DNA of 64,000 bases. Origin: Carpediemonas membranifera BICM (lineage: Eukaryota > Protista > Fornicata). Below are positions 1 through 10,759 of the stretch, piece by piece. How positions within the stretch are numbered: position 1 is the stretch's first letter; each line of letters starts with the position of its first letter. Location of the stretch: the NCBI GenBank assembly GCA_019828565.1, contig JAHDYR010000003.1:1-64000 (forward strand), written 5' to 3'. The position numbers were made by a program, and so were the translations under genes. The notes beneath the pieces were generated by a model that searched no databases, was not told the origin of the DNA, and was given only the letters and a program-made list of their open reading frames with translations.

Positions 1-204
1 GAGTCTGGCATTGTGAGAGTAAAGGAAGGAAGAAGCGATCCAGCCTTTTATGTAATTTAATCACTTGCGGCTTATCTACATACAGCGGCCGGCCGGGGTT
101 AGCCACTCACTGGGGTCAACATCATCCCACGGCAGCAAATTCGCTGCAGTAGATTGACTGTCGTCCCCGCTGGGGAAGGTGGGGAAGGTGTGGAGACGTT
201 TCTA

Positions 205-1755
205 TTACGCGTTTATTGGGCAATGTGGGTCAAACAACAATTTCTGCTGGTATTGGTTTCTCATACAACGGCATCCATGGAAGAGTTGGTGTCCACCGCA
301 GAATATTGTTGTACGCGTACCACCGTTTGTTGAGTGGGTTGAACAGCCAGTAAGTGCTGGGGACTTATCCATCAGTGTCACTGCATATTTTTGATGCCTC
401 AAAGCGCGCAATAGCAGGAAAACCCATGCGATTGTCTCGAAACCACAGTTTGTCTGCTCCCCGCCGTCTACTCGCACATAGATAAGGACGTTGTTGGGCA
501 ATAGCACAAACTTGGAAAGTGGGTACAACCTATACACCTCATGTTCGCTGCAAGGAATCGGGTTTGGGTCCAAAAATAGAGATCGGACAATGTTGGGGAT
601 GAGTCGGGATCTACCGATGAGATAGCAATCATTGCCAGATCTAACGATCATAAACCTAGACTGTGCAACAAAGATGATTGCGTCGATCCAGACAGGTGTC
701 CTCCTGAACCCCGGATGGGCGACATCCGTCATGTCATCAGCGGGAATATGACCAGTGGTATTACCGGTGAAGAACTGGGCTGGGACTATATTCTTTGTCT
801 TGGATGCCCGGACCGTTCCGGACAAGATAACAAGTCCAGGCACGGCCCTGATCCCTCCAAGATTGACGGGAAGTTTCACCTTAGCAAACGAAGAGAATCG
901 GTGAGTGAGGGCCACATCGTGTCCAAACCAAGCCATCATATTAACGCCATACTCCTGAGAAGGCGCTGTAACGAGCACCCCGTGCATTGTGTGCAACATG
1001 ATGTAAGTGTTGCAGTGGCAGTCAAGAACAAATCGATGCCTGCACCACAGATGCATCTTGGCAAGCTTCTCAGCTATGGCTGCGGGGAAAACCGCCTGAT
1101 GGACAGATGTAACACGAGCGAACCACAAGTTGCCAATGTAGAACGCCTTGCTGGTTGAGAAGAAGAAACACTTGCCATCAGACCAGAACCGCATGATCCG
1201 GTGACGGAATGAACGATGATTGTCGTGGAAGACAAACCCACAATAATGCACGAGCTCTGATGCATCATAGCTCTTGATGACAGTCCGATCTCTCTTAGCA
1301 ACACTATGTGAAAACATGAACTTCCTGCACATGAACCAGAGAGCGCTCGAGTCACCATCGGTCACCGTCCTCAGTATGGCCCACAACGTCCCTTGTATAA
1401 GCGTGTGAAGACGGTCGGGCAGCGATTCGCCTTCGCGAAGCTGAACATCCATGCTTAGCTGTGGATGGCTTCGCAGTTTGATGACGCGAGAGAGAATCCG
1501 GGCAACCTGCGATGCCTGATCCGAATTCTCAAGCTCTTGCGCGTGAAGACAAGCAAGCTGAAGCATGTCATCAAACGTCTCCAGGTCTTGAAAGATGTGA
1601 TAGAAATGCGAACGCGCAGGGAACATAAAGAAGACCCTTGTGGCTTGTTCTAAATAGCCCGGCAGGTTGTTGGGCAAAGTTTTGCACAGGACACAAGAGT
1701 TCCAGTAAAGGTCACAAACACTGAGCGACAATTGTCTGTGATTAGAATCAGTCAT
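205..1755 (-). CDS. Hypothetical protein (516 aa), probably a host gene or pseudogene
   Basis: Long ATG-initiated ORF; no motif recognised. Confidence 0.45.
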   Translation of the reverse strand: MTDSNHRQLSLSVCDLYWNSCVLCKTLPNNLPGYLEQATRVFFMFPARSHFYHIFQDLETFDDMLQLACLHAQELENSDQASQVARILSRVIKLRSHPQLSMDVQLREGESLPDRLHTLIQGTLWAILRTVTDGDSSALWFMCRKFMFSHSVAKRDRTVIKSYDASELVHYCGFVFHDNHRSFRHRIMRFWSDGKCFFFSTSKAFYIGNLWFARVTSVHQAVFPAAIAEKLAKMHLWCRHRFVLDCHCNTYIMLHTMHGVLVTAPSQEYGVNMMAWFGHDVALTHRFSSFAKVKLPVNLGGIRAVPGLVILSGTVRASKTKNIVPAQFFTGNTTGHIPADDMTDVAHPGFRRTPVWIDAIIFVAQSRFMIVRSGNDCYLIGRSRLIPNIVRSLFLDPNPIPCSEHEVYRLYPLSKFVLLPNNVLIYVRVDGGEQTNCGFETIAWVFLLLRALRHQKYAVTLMDKSPALTGCSTHSTNGGTRTTIFCGGHQLFHGCRCMRNQYQQKLLFDPHCPINA

Positions 1756-1878
1756 GTTCCCCTATAGCTGTTCTTAAACTGCACTGCCAAAATGAGGTGG
1801 AGAAAATGGCATCGACATTTTTTTACGTAGGACCAATATAAACAGCGAAAAACGTAAAGGAAACAAAACTGGGAGGAC

Positions 1879-4448
1879 ATGCATATCTCCACACAAGCTA
1901 CTTTGGTCATCTGGAGAATGACACCTTACGGTAACATTCTAGCACCATCAAGCGTTTCCGCCGTCAATGTCATTCTAGCAAACGTTTACACCTCGATCCA
2001 AGGACACCACGCTAATGGCATGGATCGACGGTTCCGTCAATGCGATAAGGATTCGCGTTCGTTGTTCAAGGCTGTCTTGCTATCTCTAACTGATGGTGAT
2101 ATTGACAAGAGCATTCTTGATCCTGTCTTTGTTTCCTTGCTTGATGGTAATACGGATCGTTTTCGACGTAACATATGTGCTACTGTCAGAGAGTACACAC
2201 CAACATGGTCCCATGCCTTCTCACCTGCGTCGGACGAGAGAGATAGCTTGTGCGAGGACAACCACCTGCTACTCGAGAAGATTGAGAACACCGAGCATGC
2301 ATTTCAGTTCGCAATGGCGCTCAAGCGGATCACTGAAGGTGTCAATGTCGTTGATGATGAGGTTACTGTCTTTAACGCGATCGCCAAAAGGCTGGGTATC
2401 CAGACCATGAAGTTTGATGTCTCACATTATGCTCTCAAAGACCTTGGGTGTGATATTAGGAACGTGTTCGGAGTGAAAGAAGCCATGAAAGATCACGAGG
2501 CAGATTTTTTTCGAGAGTCTTGTACCAGACGAGATACACTGTTCGCACAACACGTTTCGTTATGATCAAAACAACCAGAAGTTCCCTCTCGAACATACGA
2601 CACGTTTCCCAATTGCAGCTGACGCAATAGGCTCCTTGCCGGTTCCGGTCAACAACTACTTACATGATGGAACGCACATTACTATCTTCTTCAACAGCGA
2701 AGATGAACGAGATCAATGTGTCTCCATGCTTTCCCACCCTCAACCCCACCAAGTTGAAAAGCGATCGGTGGGCCTTTGTCAAGTCGGTTAAGTATAACAT
2801 TTCCAGCCGTATTGCACGAGGCATTCAGTCACCACAGTATCTCGAGACAGCCAGAGATATTTGGTATGATACAACGACACATGTTAGCAGAGAAGCGCGT
2901 GTTGAAGCTAGCTACATTCCAGTTGACATTCTCATCTGGTTTGATGCATGGCGAGGGACTACGACCGCTGTCAAATTCAGGCTGATTGACATGACAGGAG
3001 AGGTCTTTCCGCAGAGAGTGACATCACCATTCAGACTGCTTGAGTACCAGGGAAAGGAGGATCTTTTGCCAACATACTTTGAGTATATTCAGTCTAACGT
3101 GGAAGAGGCAATCCAGAAGTCATTCCAAGTGCGAGAAACTGGAAGGTGGGCAAGAATCAACAGAGTATTGCTGATTGGTGACCACCCTGCCATGTCGACA
3201 GTTGTGGGCTCGCTGCAAGGAGGGCATTATCCATCGCCTTTCCAATCGAATAGTAAGCGAAACATGGGTTGGATGCCGTTTGGCGCCACGTTCCGGACCA
3301 CACTTCAGCACGTCCTCCAAGCCAAAGAAGGTAGTATTGCTGAATCTACATCGGGTATTCCAGATCCTGCCGCGCACTGGGGCAGCTTTCTCCTGGCGAC
3401 TGACTGAAGGCGTTCGTTGGAATACAGAAGAAGAAGGTTACGTCAAACTCTCTTTGAGGGATCGTCGATTGCTCCTGACAGTGTGTTTCTTATCCCCCAA
3501 TCATGCACTGTTGCCATCATTTCATGGGTCAGGTGGCCCTAATGGCGGGAATGTTCAAACCGCGGAATGACGGCTCACGAGAAGAGAACGCTCAGTGGGG
3601 ACGTTATCTGCAATCTATCCAAGATTTCAAACCGCCAGATCGTACAACTGGGTGTAATGAGCATATGTTAGGCCGCAGGTTGATGGCCAACATGGCAACG
3701 ACGTACTATCATGCGTTTCCTGTCTCTGTTCAGTCCATCTTCAGACTAATGGGATATCTTTTTCTCCCATTATTACTCAACTGCGACAGTGACGGAAGAT
3801 ATCGTGTGGTGGCATCGAGTTGCTGCACTGTTGGTCCACTTACTCCATGTAAGCCTCTCCTTGGTCACTGATAAGCCCATCCCGGTTCCCACACCATCCG
3901 AGGCAAAATCAATGCGGCCATTCACTCAGACGCTATATAGCAATGCAATTGTCGCAACCATTCCCGAGATACAAGCCGCAACAATGCTTCCTTTTGGTGT
4001 CATCATTGAGGAGTACTTCGAGAGAGACTTCATTGGCAACCAGGATGCTCGTGTACATTTGAGGAGGAACACAGTTCTGCAGCAAGTTATTCTGAGAGAA
4101 CAAGCGGAGATGTTCTATCGGTTCCTGCGCGGTCCTGTATCTTATGGTCGACGTGAGGGCCACGTACCACTTCTTTCCCCTCTGATCAGCCTCCGAGTAC
4201 ACAAATGTTGCAAAGATCACGCTCAATGGATTCGTATTCAACAGGATATGACAGAAACGTTGCCAAAGTCTGATGTCAACGATCTGAATAGAAAATTCGA
4301 GCAGAACGTCGCTCATTTGTGGGAAAGCATGCTGAGACGAGCGCGAAAGTCATGGAACAATGAAGACTGGCTGTTTATCAAGGTTCGGGATGATCGTGAG
4401 AACGGTGTTCGTCTTGACGTGTGTCTATGCAGAGAAGGCTGTCCATAA
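1879..4448 (+). pseudogene. Frameshifted putative DDE transposase, CMC (EnSpm/CACTA/Transib)-like
   Basis: Consecutive same-strand ORFs (1879, 2664, 3503, 3789) with IWFDAW, LIGDHPAMSTVVGSLQGGHYPSP (like the D.PA...G...YPC block), MHCCHH and EEYFER in the expected order; no TIRs found. Confidence 0.4.
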
Positions 4449-5040
4449 ATCGTAGTTGTATTTAGCGGGGGAGACAATAATCAACCACACGCCCGACCAA
4501 GCAGGAAAGTGACGCCCCTGGGATTGACGGGGGAAACCCCGCATATTCCGGCAGCAAAACTTCGCTGAAACGGAACCACATAATTACTTGACTGATTTTT
4601 GGATCTTAGAGAAGACTTGACGCGCATAAACTCAGGTTGATCGTCAAGATCTCCGAAAGGAACGCAACTGCTGCCTAAATCACCTTTTATCATTATTAGT
4701 CGGTTCAGCTTTTTTTCTCGCAAGTCCGTCATCATTTCGTGACATAATCCGCGGGATCCGTAGCGAACGATGACTCCTCGGAAAAAAACACATAGTTGTG
4801 CTCTACACTTGACCTACATTCCAAATATTCACTTTGTTCTTTCCAACGGCTCAGTTTTTGTCATGCGTTGACCGACCAAGAATGTGAGCGTACACTGACA
4901 CTATTGGTTGCATGATGTGAAACATCGTGTATTGCGTACATGAACAAAGTTTTAAGCTGTTATGACTCGTATTCGTTGAGATATGGCTGTTTGTTCATAC
5001 GCCTAAAAATGCACACATGGTCAAATCTGTCGAAACAAAA

Positions 5041-5175
5041 AGAATTGGGAATATCTCGGGAATGACACGTTGCCGTTTTTCAAAAATCGGGCAAGCCCAA
5101 CGAATGATAGTATGGGATCGCCTGCATCATTTGCAAAAAACGGCAACGTGTCAATCTCTAGATATCGCCAATTCT
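5041..5175. repeat. Imperfect 40-bp inverted repeat (MITE-like)
   Basis: Arms 5041-5080 and 5136-5175 are reverse complements with 5 mismatches; core TGACACGTTGCCGTTTTT is perfect. Confidence 0.85.
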
Positions 5176-5318
5176 GCATAAAAACTTTTTTTTGCAAGGC
5201 ATAGAACTCTACACTGTGAGCACTAGTGTATTAGTGCTTGCAGAAGCGGTTACTTGAGTCGATGAAGTATACGCACATGACATAATTAATTAAAACAGTT
5301 TAATATTGAGTGAGCCAC

Positions 5319-5400
5319 CAGGAATTTCCCTTATCCAATCAGGGAATTTCCTCGGGGGAAAGCCCGAGGAAATTCCCCTACCCAATAAGGGAAATTCCTG
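5319..5400. repeat. Nested perfect inverted repeats (long hairpin)
   Basis: CAGGAATTTCCCTTAT 5319-5334 pairs with 5385-5400; GGGAATTTCCTCGGG 5342-5356 pairs with 5363-5377. Confidence 0.9.
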
Positions 5401-5416
5401 CACCCTGGACAGTATG

Positions 5417-6739
5417 CTGTCGCACCTCTACCGCAATGTGTGCCCGACGTCCGACCTCGTCGGCGTTGGGCGTCGCTTTGAGGAGGAGACGCTCGTTCCA
5501 TTGCTCTCCAACCTCGTTGGTGCCGATGCAGTGATTGGTACGCTCGAAAGAGCGGGCCTTAGCATCACGCAGGGAGGTCTTGGATGGGGAATTCCGTCCA
5601 TCGTGTGGCCGGCGGCATATCTCGGTGCCGTGAAGCAGCTCTTTGACCAAAACATCTCACTGAACGTGCCCAATGAGGCATTTCAGGCGGTTGGTGCTGC
5701 TGGTGGTCCGCAGGACGTGGATGCCCTGAAGAAGTGGAAGACTTCGACTCCGCAGTTTGAACTGACGACGAAAGTGCGGGAGTTCAAGCAGAAGGAGCTT
5801 ACGGCGAAGAGATCGTTTATTTCTGAGCCTTATGTGCGTGCAGTGTCCACATTGACGCCGTTCGATCCCGTTCTTTCGGGTTCCGATTTGGCAACTGCAA
5901 TTCTCCGCCTACACCTGTCTCTTGACCCCTACGTGATAGACAAAGCCAAACCATGCCCCCTGTGCGGCAGATCTGTTGCGGATTGGTCTCATGGACTCTC
6001 TTGTGTTCGCCTCAAGGGCGGTGCCCGGATCGAGCGTCATAACGGCGTCAGAGACGCCATCTACGACGTTTGCTCGGAGCAGTTCGTCCCCAAACGGCGC
6101 GAGGTTCCGCTGGATCACACCAGTATGGCCTACATGCCCAACGGGACGGGCCCGACGGAGGTGAAGGCCGATCTGCTCATGCTAGCGGCAACGTCAGCTG
6201 ATGGAACGCCCCTCCACGGCGATATGATCGTCGATGTGGTCGTCTCACAGTCGATCAAGGATGGGATCCGTGACAAGGCCGCTCAGTTCTCGAGGTTCGA
6301 CTGCGAGCTCATCGCGGCCAGCTGTGACCTCGTTGGCAACACGAGAGCTGACCCCGAGGACCGCAAGTCGTGCTGGGTGTGGCGTCTGTGCGAGAGGCTC
6401 GGTCTGAGCGCGGAGGTCCGTCGGGACCTGCGCAGTCGGGTCGTCTTGGCTGTGTGGGCTGGGAACGCGGCGGTCATCCGTGACTACCGCGAGCAGTGCC
6501 GCGTGGCACAGCTCTAACTGTGGTGTGCCCTTCGCGTGTGAGAGAGGCGTCGTAGTCGAGCCAGTCGAGACATCCGAGATTTTTGCACATGTGCAAAATT
6601 TCGATTTCCCGAAAGCGACCCCGCCGAGGCTTACGACTCCGACTACATAACCCACGAGCTCTACTAGGGACCCCCACCCTGCTGACCCTCTGCGCGCGGT
6701 AAGAACGTTCTTTCTGATGATTAAAGGGCGTGTAGCTCA
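5417..6739 (+). mobile_element. CRE-like non-LTR retrotransposon, copy 1 (5'-truncated)
   Basis: Near-identical to 9437-10759; keeps the CCHC knuckle and restriction-like endonuclease; ORF stop at 6517. Confidence 0.9.
6726..6739 (+). other. tRNA-Ala 5' fragment (nt 1-14) at element junction
   Basis: GGGCGTGTAGCTCA identical to 14768-14781. Confidence 0.9.
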
Positions 6740-9700
6740 TGAAGTTTGCCAAAAGCGCAATCCAGGACGCTTTAGCTTCCGGAGGCGTTGTAAGCACCCT
6801 TCAAGAGCCGTCAGACGCGATTTTCGCGTTCCTCCGTGCGACTTTGCTTCGATATGTGCCGCCGTCGCTAATGCGGGAACATGCGTCGACAAGACAGCGT
6901 TTCAAACGAGCATTGTGCTCGAAGAACGTTATCTCGATGCTATTTACTGCTGATGCCAGCGCTAAGAGCAAGCGTTTCAACGTCGCCGTCGCGAACGAAA
7001 TCGTGTACTTCCTGTCGCCGCTATTCAACGCTCATCCTGTCCTGTTCGACAAAAAGGACTCCATTGACCGGATATCCGCTGGTCTGGAGCGCATCTGCCT
7101 TCACGTTGAACAGATGAAGCTTTCTCCGACATCTCTTCGTCTCCTTATTCTCAAGCTCGACACGCGAGTGCTGCTGGACTCCTCTGGCACACAGAGCGTT
7201 CTTCATGAGAGTAAAAGAGACGATTTGATCGACGAGTTGCTTTCCATGGGGTGCCCAATCAACACAATGGGCCTCCTGCCGTCGGATAGTCCGACTGATG
7301 CCAGCGGAACTCAGGCCGAACCGGTTAGTGTGCCCCAGGAGGCATCGTTGGCCGTGCCGGACTCCCCGCCGTCCGTTCCCGCCGAGTTGGCCGGGCCGGA
7401 GAATGCCTCGCCCAGCCCGTCTCAGACGAGGCCAGCCGCAGTGATTGTGCGCTCTCCGGAGCCACCACGTGCAGGCGGCCAGACATCTGAGGCGGGTGGT
7501 GCCGTTGCCCTGGTCGACAGAGTTGTAGGTGTTGAGTCACCTTACGGCACCGGGGGCGAGGCCTCTAGTCAGGATACCTCGGCACCCACGCAACCGAGCT
7601 CGAGCTCGGACAGCAGCCCTGCTGCTGTCATCAGGGCCACCTTTGACGAGTGGGTCCCCGACGCCATGCGCGCCGACCACTGGACCACTCCAGAGCAGGT
7701 GACGGCCACCCTGTGCGACCCAGCCCTCGTCCGGGCCCTTATGGACGAGTCCAACCGTGGGTCGGCCACGGGTCGATTCAGCCAGAGTCGGCTCCGGCAG
7801 CTCTGTGAGGCATTGAGGGGCTTTGTCCCCGAGACCGTCAGGTCGACACTGCCAGTCCTGCCCAACGGCGGTAGGATCTTCACCAAGCTGCCCCCGGTGG
7901 TTGCCAAGATCGCCCAGGCCTGCTTCGGGTCAGTCCCGCAGCCGGCGCCCCGGGTGACCTGGGTACCTGATGGGGCCGCACGCCAGCGCAGTGTCCCCGA
8001 GCCGTTCTTGCCAGCTCACAGCGCCATGTTTGTGGGGAAGTTGCTCCCCGCGAAGAGGGCCAGACTGGCATGGGCGAAGAGCTTTGTCGCGCTGCTCAAT
8101 GAGTACGCCGCAGCCCCGGCCCACGGGAAGCCCGACGTTGTCCGCCGCATCTTGACCTTCGCGCAGGGTCTCTATGCTCCTCCGGAGCGGACCACCGAGC
8201 AGCCCCGGCTGAAAGCCAGTGCGCGCGCACTCAGGTTGGGACAACGAGGCTTCTATTCTCGCGCCACGCAAGCTCTCTCCGCCGGAGAGTTCGCTGGGGA
8301 TCGCGCGTGGGTGGAGGCCAGGCTCTGTGAGAGCCAGGTGCAGCCGTCTGGTAGTCGGCTGGCAGCAGTGTCGGGTCCCGCGTCCACACTGAACCACTGC
8401 CAAATGACTGTCCCTGCGGTGAAGAAGGCACTTAAGAGCCTCAACGCCGAGTCCGCACCGGGTCCTTCAGGCCTATCTTACCTTCATCTGAAGGCGATGG
8501 GCCGGGCCATCGGGTGGAATGAACTCGCCGCGGCTCTTGTGCCCCTGCTCGAGGATATGCTCGAGGGCGTCGCCTGCCTGGAGCCATTTTCCCACTGCAT
8601 CCTTGTGCCGATCCCGAAGAAGGATGGCAAGCCGCGCCCCGTCTCAATAGGCGACAGCCTTCGTCGTCTCGCAGCGAAGGTGGCAGTTCGTCAGGCTGCT
8701 GCCCGGCTGCGGGACGACAAGGCGTTGCCGGGTCAGTATGGCCTCGGCGAGAAGTGCGGGCTCGAGGAGCTAACCAATCTTGTGAGGGAGCATCATCGTG
8801 GCGGCGGTCAGGTGATCGCTTTGGATCTTACCAACGCATATGGATGCATGAGTAGATCTCACCTTCGCGATGCGACAGCTGCATACTGCCCGTCGCTTTC
8901 CGAGTACCTCGAACTGATGTTGCTTAATCCAATGCTGTTCTCAGCAACCGGGATGGTCCTCAGATCACTCGAAGGAATTCCGCAAGGGAGATCCTACGAG
9001 CCCGCTGCTGTTCAGTTGCGGCATGAAGCCCCTTTTGGACGATCTTCGGACCGAGTTTCCAAACTACGCATTTTATGCCTATCAGGATGATGTCTACTGC
9101 CTGATGCCCAAGGACGCTACAGAGAGTGAGACGAACACGGTCATCATGACCGCGACGTCCAATTTCGCCAGAGTCGGGTTGAAGGTCAACGAGAAGAAGA
9201 CTGTCATCGCCGGGCTGGGCCTAGTGGCCAGTGAATCCTCGCTTGCGCCGCGCGGCGAGGCTTTCAAGGTCCTGGGCACGCCGGTGGGGCCGGCTGCGTA
9301 CGTCAAGGAGCAGGTCTGCAGGCAGTTCGAAGGCGTCAGCGAGCAGGCTGGACGCGTGAGCGACATGGTGGCAGACGTAGGGCCCACGTCTATCATCGTC
9401 GCTAACAACATGACGCGTGCGTGCCTGCTGCCCAAACTGTCGCACCTCTACCGCAATGTGTGCCCGACGTCCGACCTCGTCGGCGTTGGGCGTCGCTTTG
9501 AGGAGGAGACGCTCGTTCCATTGCTCTCCAACCTCGTTGGTGCCGATGCAGTGATTGGTACGCTCGAAAGAGCGGGCCTTAGCATCACGCAGGGAGGTCT
9601 TGGATGGGGAATTCCGTCCATCGTGTGGCCGGCGGCATATCTCGGTGCCGTGAAGCAGCTCTTTGACCAAAACATCTCACTGAACGTGCCCAATGAGGCA

Positions 9701-10537
9701 TTTCAGGCGGTTGGTGCTGCTGGTGGTCCGCAGGACGTGGATGCCCTGAAGAAGTGGAAGACTTCGACTCCGCAGTTTGAACTGACGACGAAAGTGCGGG
9801 AGTTCAAGCAGAAGGAGCTTACGGCGAAGAGATCGTTTATTTCTGAGCCTTATGTGCGTGCAGTGTCCACATTGACGCCGTTCGATCCCGTTCTTTCGGG
9901 TTCCGATTTGGCAACTGCAATTCTCCGCCTACACCTGTCTCTTGACCCCTACGTGATAGAAAAAGCCAAACCATGCCCCCTGTGCGGCAGATCTGTTGCG
10001 GATTGGTCTCATGGACTCTCTTGTGTTCGCCTCAAGGGCGGTGCCCGGATCGAGCGTCATAACGGCGTCAGAGACGCCATCTACGACGTTTGCTCGGAGC
10101 AGTTCGTCCCCAAACGGCGCGAGGTTCCGCTGGATCACACCAGTATGGCCTACATGCCCAACGGGACGGGCCCGACGGAGGTGAAGGCCGATCTGCTCAT
10201 GCTAGCGGCAACGTCAGCTGATGGAACGCCCCTCCACGGCGATATGATCGTCGATGTGGTCGTCTCACAGTCGATCAAGGATGGGATCCGTGACAAGGCC
10301 GCTCAGTTCTCGAGGTTCGACTGCGAGCTCATCGCGGCCAGCTGTGACCTCGTTGGCAACACGAGAGCTGACCCCGAGGACCGCAAGTCGTGCTGGGTGT
10401 GGCGTCTGTGCGAGAGGCTCGGTCTGAGCGCGGAGGTCCGTCGGGACCTGCGCAGTCGGGTCGTCTTGGCTGTGTGGGCTGGGAACGCGGCGGTCATCCG
10501 TGACTACCGCGAGCAGTGCCGCGTGGCACAGCTCTAA
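6739..10537 (+). CDS. RT + CCHC + restriction-like endonuclease polyprotein (about 1265 aa; one frameshift near 8989)
   Basis: SAPGPSG, PIPKKDGKPRPV, GQYGLG, LDLTNAY, GIPQG(DPTSPLLF), YQDD, CPLC..HGLSC, RH, KADL...IVDVVV; the frameshift is absent from copy 3. Confidence 0.9.
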
Positions 10538-10759
10538 CTGTGGTGTGCCCTTCGCGTGTGAGAGAGGCGTCGTAGTCGAGCCAGTCGAGACATCCGAGAT
10601 TTTTGCACATGTGCAAAATTTCGATTTCCCGAAAGCGACCCCGCCGAGGCTTACGACTCCGACTACATAACCCACGAGCTCTACTAGGGACCCCCACCCT
10701 GCTGACCCTCTGCGCGCGGTAAGAACGTTCTTTCTGATGATTAAAGGGCGTGTAGCTCA
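6740..10759 (+). mobile_element. CRE-like non-LTR retrotransposon, copy 2 (full unit, 4020 bp)
   Basis: Tandem period 4020 bp; single RT + RLE reading frame. Confidence 0.92.
10746..10759 (+). other. tRNA-Ala 5' fragment (nt 1-14) at element junction
   Basis: GGGCGTGTAGCTCA identical to 14768-14781. Confidence 0.9.

Noticed and set aside
1782-1800. CACTG as the left terminus of a CACTA-type element
   Set aside because: No matching right terminal inverted repeat found
5321-5400. NF-kB-like GGGAATTTCC sites
   Set aside because: Explained by the inverted repeat; no sign of an animal context
5306-5416. N-terminus of the 403-aa ORF as a real fusion protein
   Set aside because: TTG start reading through a DNA hairpin into a truncated element
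6600-6760. Hammerhead ribozyme suggested by CTGATGA and an upstream GAAA
   Set aside because: Stems I and II could not be formed around the core
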